The notes beneath the pieces are model-generated. The model did no database searches. It was not told the DNA's origin and was given only the letters and a program-made list of their open reading frames with translations. The translations under genes were made by a program, and so were the position numbers. A DNA stretch of 63,833 bases, filler included, from Olpidium bornovanus S191 (Eukaryota; Fungi; Olpidiomycota), in assembly GCA_017911155.1 (NCBI GenBank). It is 29 parts of 29 records of this genome, joined end to end, with 100 filler letters (N's around TTAATTAATTAA, not from the genome) between each part and the next. Parts side by side here need not be neighbours in the genome. Positions count along the whole stretch, not along the records: positions 59,160 to 61,443 come from JAEFCI010001401.1; positions 61,544 to 62,709 come from JAEFCI010007901.1; positions 62,810 to 63,833 come from JAEFCI010002775.1; 26 more parts are not named here. One strand, written 5' to 3'. Each line of letters begins with the position of its first letter. Within the stretch, counting starts at the first letter, position 1. Shown here one piece after another: positions 61,382 through 63,833 of the stretch.

Positions 61382-62949
61382 CCCCCCCCGCAAACGCGCC
61401 CGCGCCGCCGCGCCCCGCACGAAACACACGAAACCCCCACGCGNNNNNNNNNNNNNNNNNNNNNNNNNNNNNNNNNNNNNNNNNNNNTTAATTAATTAAN
61501 NNNNNNNNNNNNNNNNNNNNNNNNNNNNNNNNNNNNNNNNNNNGGCGTGCATCGCTGGTCATCTTCGCCTTTCTTCGACTCATCATCGTCGGGAGAACGG
61601 AATGCGTGTGTATTCTGCTTACCATCGTGGTGCCAAAGTGCCAGCGAGCTCTGTATTAAGGTCGAGCTTGGTGACGCCTTACAAAAAAAAATAAAATAGA
61701 ACGCGAGGAACGAAGGGGACAGTCGAGGGTAACATTAGGCATCCGAATTTCGATGAGTTGTTACGTCGCCCGTCCTTTCTAGGACAAACCGGCCCCGGGG
61801 TTAGTTCGGAGGGAAAGGGGGGGGAAGGGGGGTTTCCCAAGCGGCCGCGAGGGCGAGAAAGCAAAACGGAAAATAGAATCGCCCCTCCTGTCAGATCTCT
61901 GTTCTGTTGCCGCACAGGGAGAACGCCCGCGGAGCGGCGTTGAGTCCGGCCTCGCCCTTTCCGAAAAACCGCAAAAGGTTGGGGGGCGGCGGTGGTGGTG
62001 GACCCGGTCGTTTTATCGAGGAAAAACCCGTAAGTCTCCACCGCCCCCAAGCGGCTTCCGCAAGGGAGGCGAATGCTTAGGACCCAACACACGGCCTCCT
62101 GGGAAGGGGTTCTCAAAAACCTCAGTCTCTTTTAACCCTCCGCGCGACCGGGGGCCGCTTTCTCGCCCCATTCCCCCCGGACGATACTCCGGGTGGAAAG
62201 GGAGAGGGCGGACGGTGCGCGCGTCTGTTGCATCGTTTCTTCATCCAGGAGGGCGACTCCGACCGGCCCCCTTCACGCACCGGGCTTGGGTGCAAAGTTT
62301 TCGCCCCCTTCCACGCTTCACCTCACTTTGTGTCTTCCTCACCTGCAACCGATCCCCGCGACGAGGAGAAGGGACCTTTCACCGAGTCATGGCCGATGGA
62401 TGGCAAACGGTGAGGCTGCGGACCTCGCGAAGAGCCTCGAAGGGATGCCCTGGCGCGCACGGGAATGCCGGTTCGGTTTGCGCGGGGATGGGGGGAGGAG
62501 GGAGGAGGGAGGGGGGGAAGGTCGCGGTGTGGTGCGGAACCGCAGGTAGGGTTGGGGGGGAAGGGGGCCGGCAGGAACAAACCGGGGGGGGGGGGGGCGA
62601 GAAGGGCAGACACCGCCCGGGTTTGCGTGTGCGGGGAAAAAGGGAGAAAAGGGCCAGCTACAACAACAACAACAACAGCAGCAACAGCAACAGCAAACGA
62701 CGAACAAACNNNNNNNNNNNNNNNNNNNNNNNNNNNNNNNNNNNNNNNNNNNNTTAATTAATTAANNNNNNNNNNNNNNNNNNNNNNNNNNNNNNNNNNN
62801 NNNNNNNNNTTTGCCAGAATATCACCCCGTAAAAGGCGCAAATGCCCAACTTCTGCTGGCCTTAAAAAGGCGACGCGTTTCCATTTTGCAAGTTGACAGA
62901 CACAATGCCACGGGGCTGGTGGTTTGCATGCGCTCGGTTTTCTGCATCT

Positions 62950-63680
62950 TTTTAAATGCAATAAAAATTAGGCTGTTTAATCTTCTCGCCGAGTCCGTAC
63001 TTGAAAGGCCGTTTCCAGAAGCCTTCCGAGGAACAAGGGCACGGGCGATTGCGACTTTCGGTGATAAATCAACAGTTTCCCACGGTTTGTTCTGCCAGCT
63101 GAAAAGCAACTTTAGCGGGTAGATGTTGCAAAAGTCATACGGCCGGAAACTATGTAAAGGTATACCTGTGCGATTGTAAGATTTCCCAGCAGGGCAAGTC
63201 CGCTTGGGGCAATTGTCCAGGCCATTGCGCTTGTTGTCCCTGCTGAGTCAGCGTCTGATCAACCCCTGTGAGCACAAATCTTTCCAAAGTGGTGCAAAAA
63301 TATGGGAAGGACCTCGTAATAAATCAGCGTGTGGGCGGCGCACCTTAGCTAAACCCACCGGTCCTGCTCGGCTCAAAAAGCTAAAGCACCCGTGCATACC
63401 TGAATTATTTTTTTTTCGTCCAGGAACGTCACGGCAAAGCGAGCGCCTCCAATCGCGCGGGCCGGCATGGTCATGACATCCAAATGATTTTTCGCCAAAC
63501 TCCTCTCCTGCCGGGCTCCCCCTCGCGCTGGCGTGGTTTCGGAGCCTGGCCGAATTTTGGCCAAAGGACAGATTTTGCGGGTTCCGCGCTACTTCAGCGG
63601 GCGCCCCGATGATGGACTCCCGGCGCCTGATCGGCGGCGTGTCCCACCCGAGCGTGCCAGACTGTTGGCTCGGCCGACTG
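62950..63680 (-). mobile_element. Degenerate Ty1/copia integrase region
   Basis: VWHARVGH and ICPLAK (HHCC zinc finger), HLDVMTMPARAIGGARFAVTFLDE (core, first Asp), KRNGLDNCPKRT (NGxxERxNRT decayed), with frameshifts. Confidence 0.7.
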
Positions 63681-63833
63681 CCGCGGCACTTTGACATCGA
63701 AAGTCCCCGGGGCATGGCCGGTTTTTCATCTCGCCTTCTTGACAAAAAAAGAAATAAGCCATTTTGGTTTTGGGTTGGGTTTTATGGGTCTCTGCCCAGA
63801 TATGTCAAATAAAGTGCCTACAATGTCAAAAAA

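Overview
This is not one locus. It is 29 short contig pieces (about 1-4.6 kb) joined by 28 identical artificial 100-bp linkers (N44-TTAATTAATTAA-N44), so adjacency across linkers means nothing. The DNA is GC-rich, intron-dense and eukaryotic. The proteins look fungal, and a prominin homolog suggests an early-diverging, probably zoosporic, fungus. The assembly style is reminiscent of the Olpidium bornovanus draft, but that is unverified inference. Recognisable host genes, mostly partial and spliced: SEC61-beta (complete, 5 coding exons, invisible to the ORF track), tRNA-Ala(CGC), a Sec7/PH ARF-GEF fragment, DUS1, DED1, NMD3, an HExxH metallopeptidase-like protein, an F-box/ankyrin protein, an Rco1-like PHD protein, RMND1/DUF155, BUD32, prominin, a RING protein and an SSO1-like syntaxin. 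LTR-retroelement relics are frequent: four degenerate Ty1/copia pol fragments, Ty3/gypsy-like gag and protease fragments, five candidate LTRs and nested insertions. The most interesting signals are these. (1) An unclassified LTR family is seen three times, with TGTAGTG...CAC(T/A)ACA termini, a conserved but non-canonical PBS-like motif and an orphan MPSP[RH]RRRR ORF1. (2) Hemivirus-type half-tRNAiMet primer sites occur twice, once ahead of a gypsy-like gag and once behind a copia 3-prime end. (3) A 1.65-kb self-complementary 24-bp satellite shows a CpG-decay signature. All calls are by-eye translation and motif recall; no searches were run.
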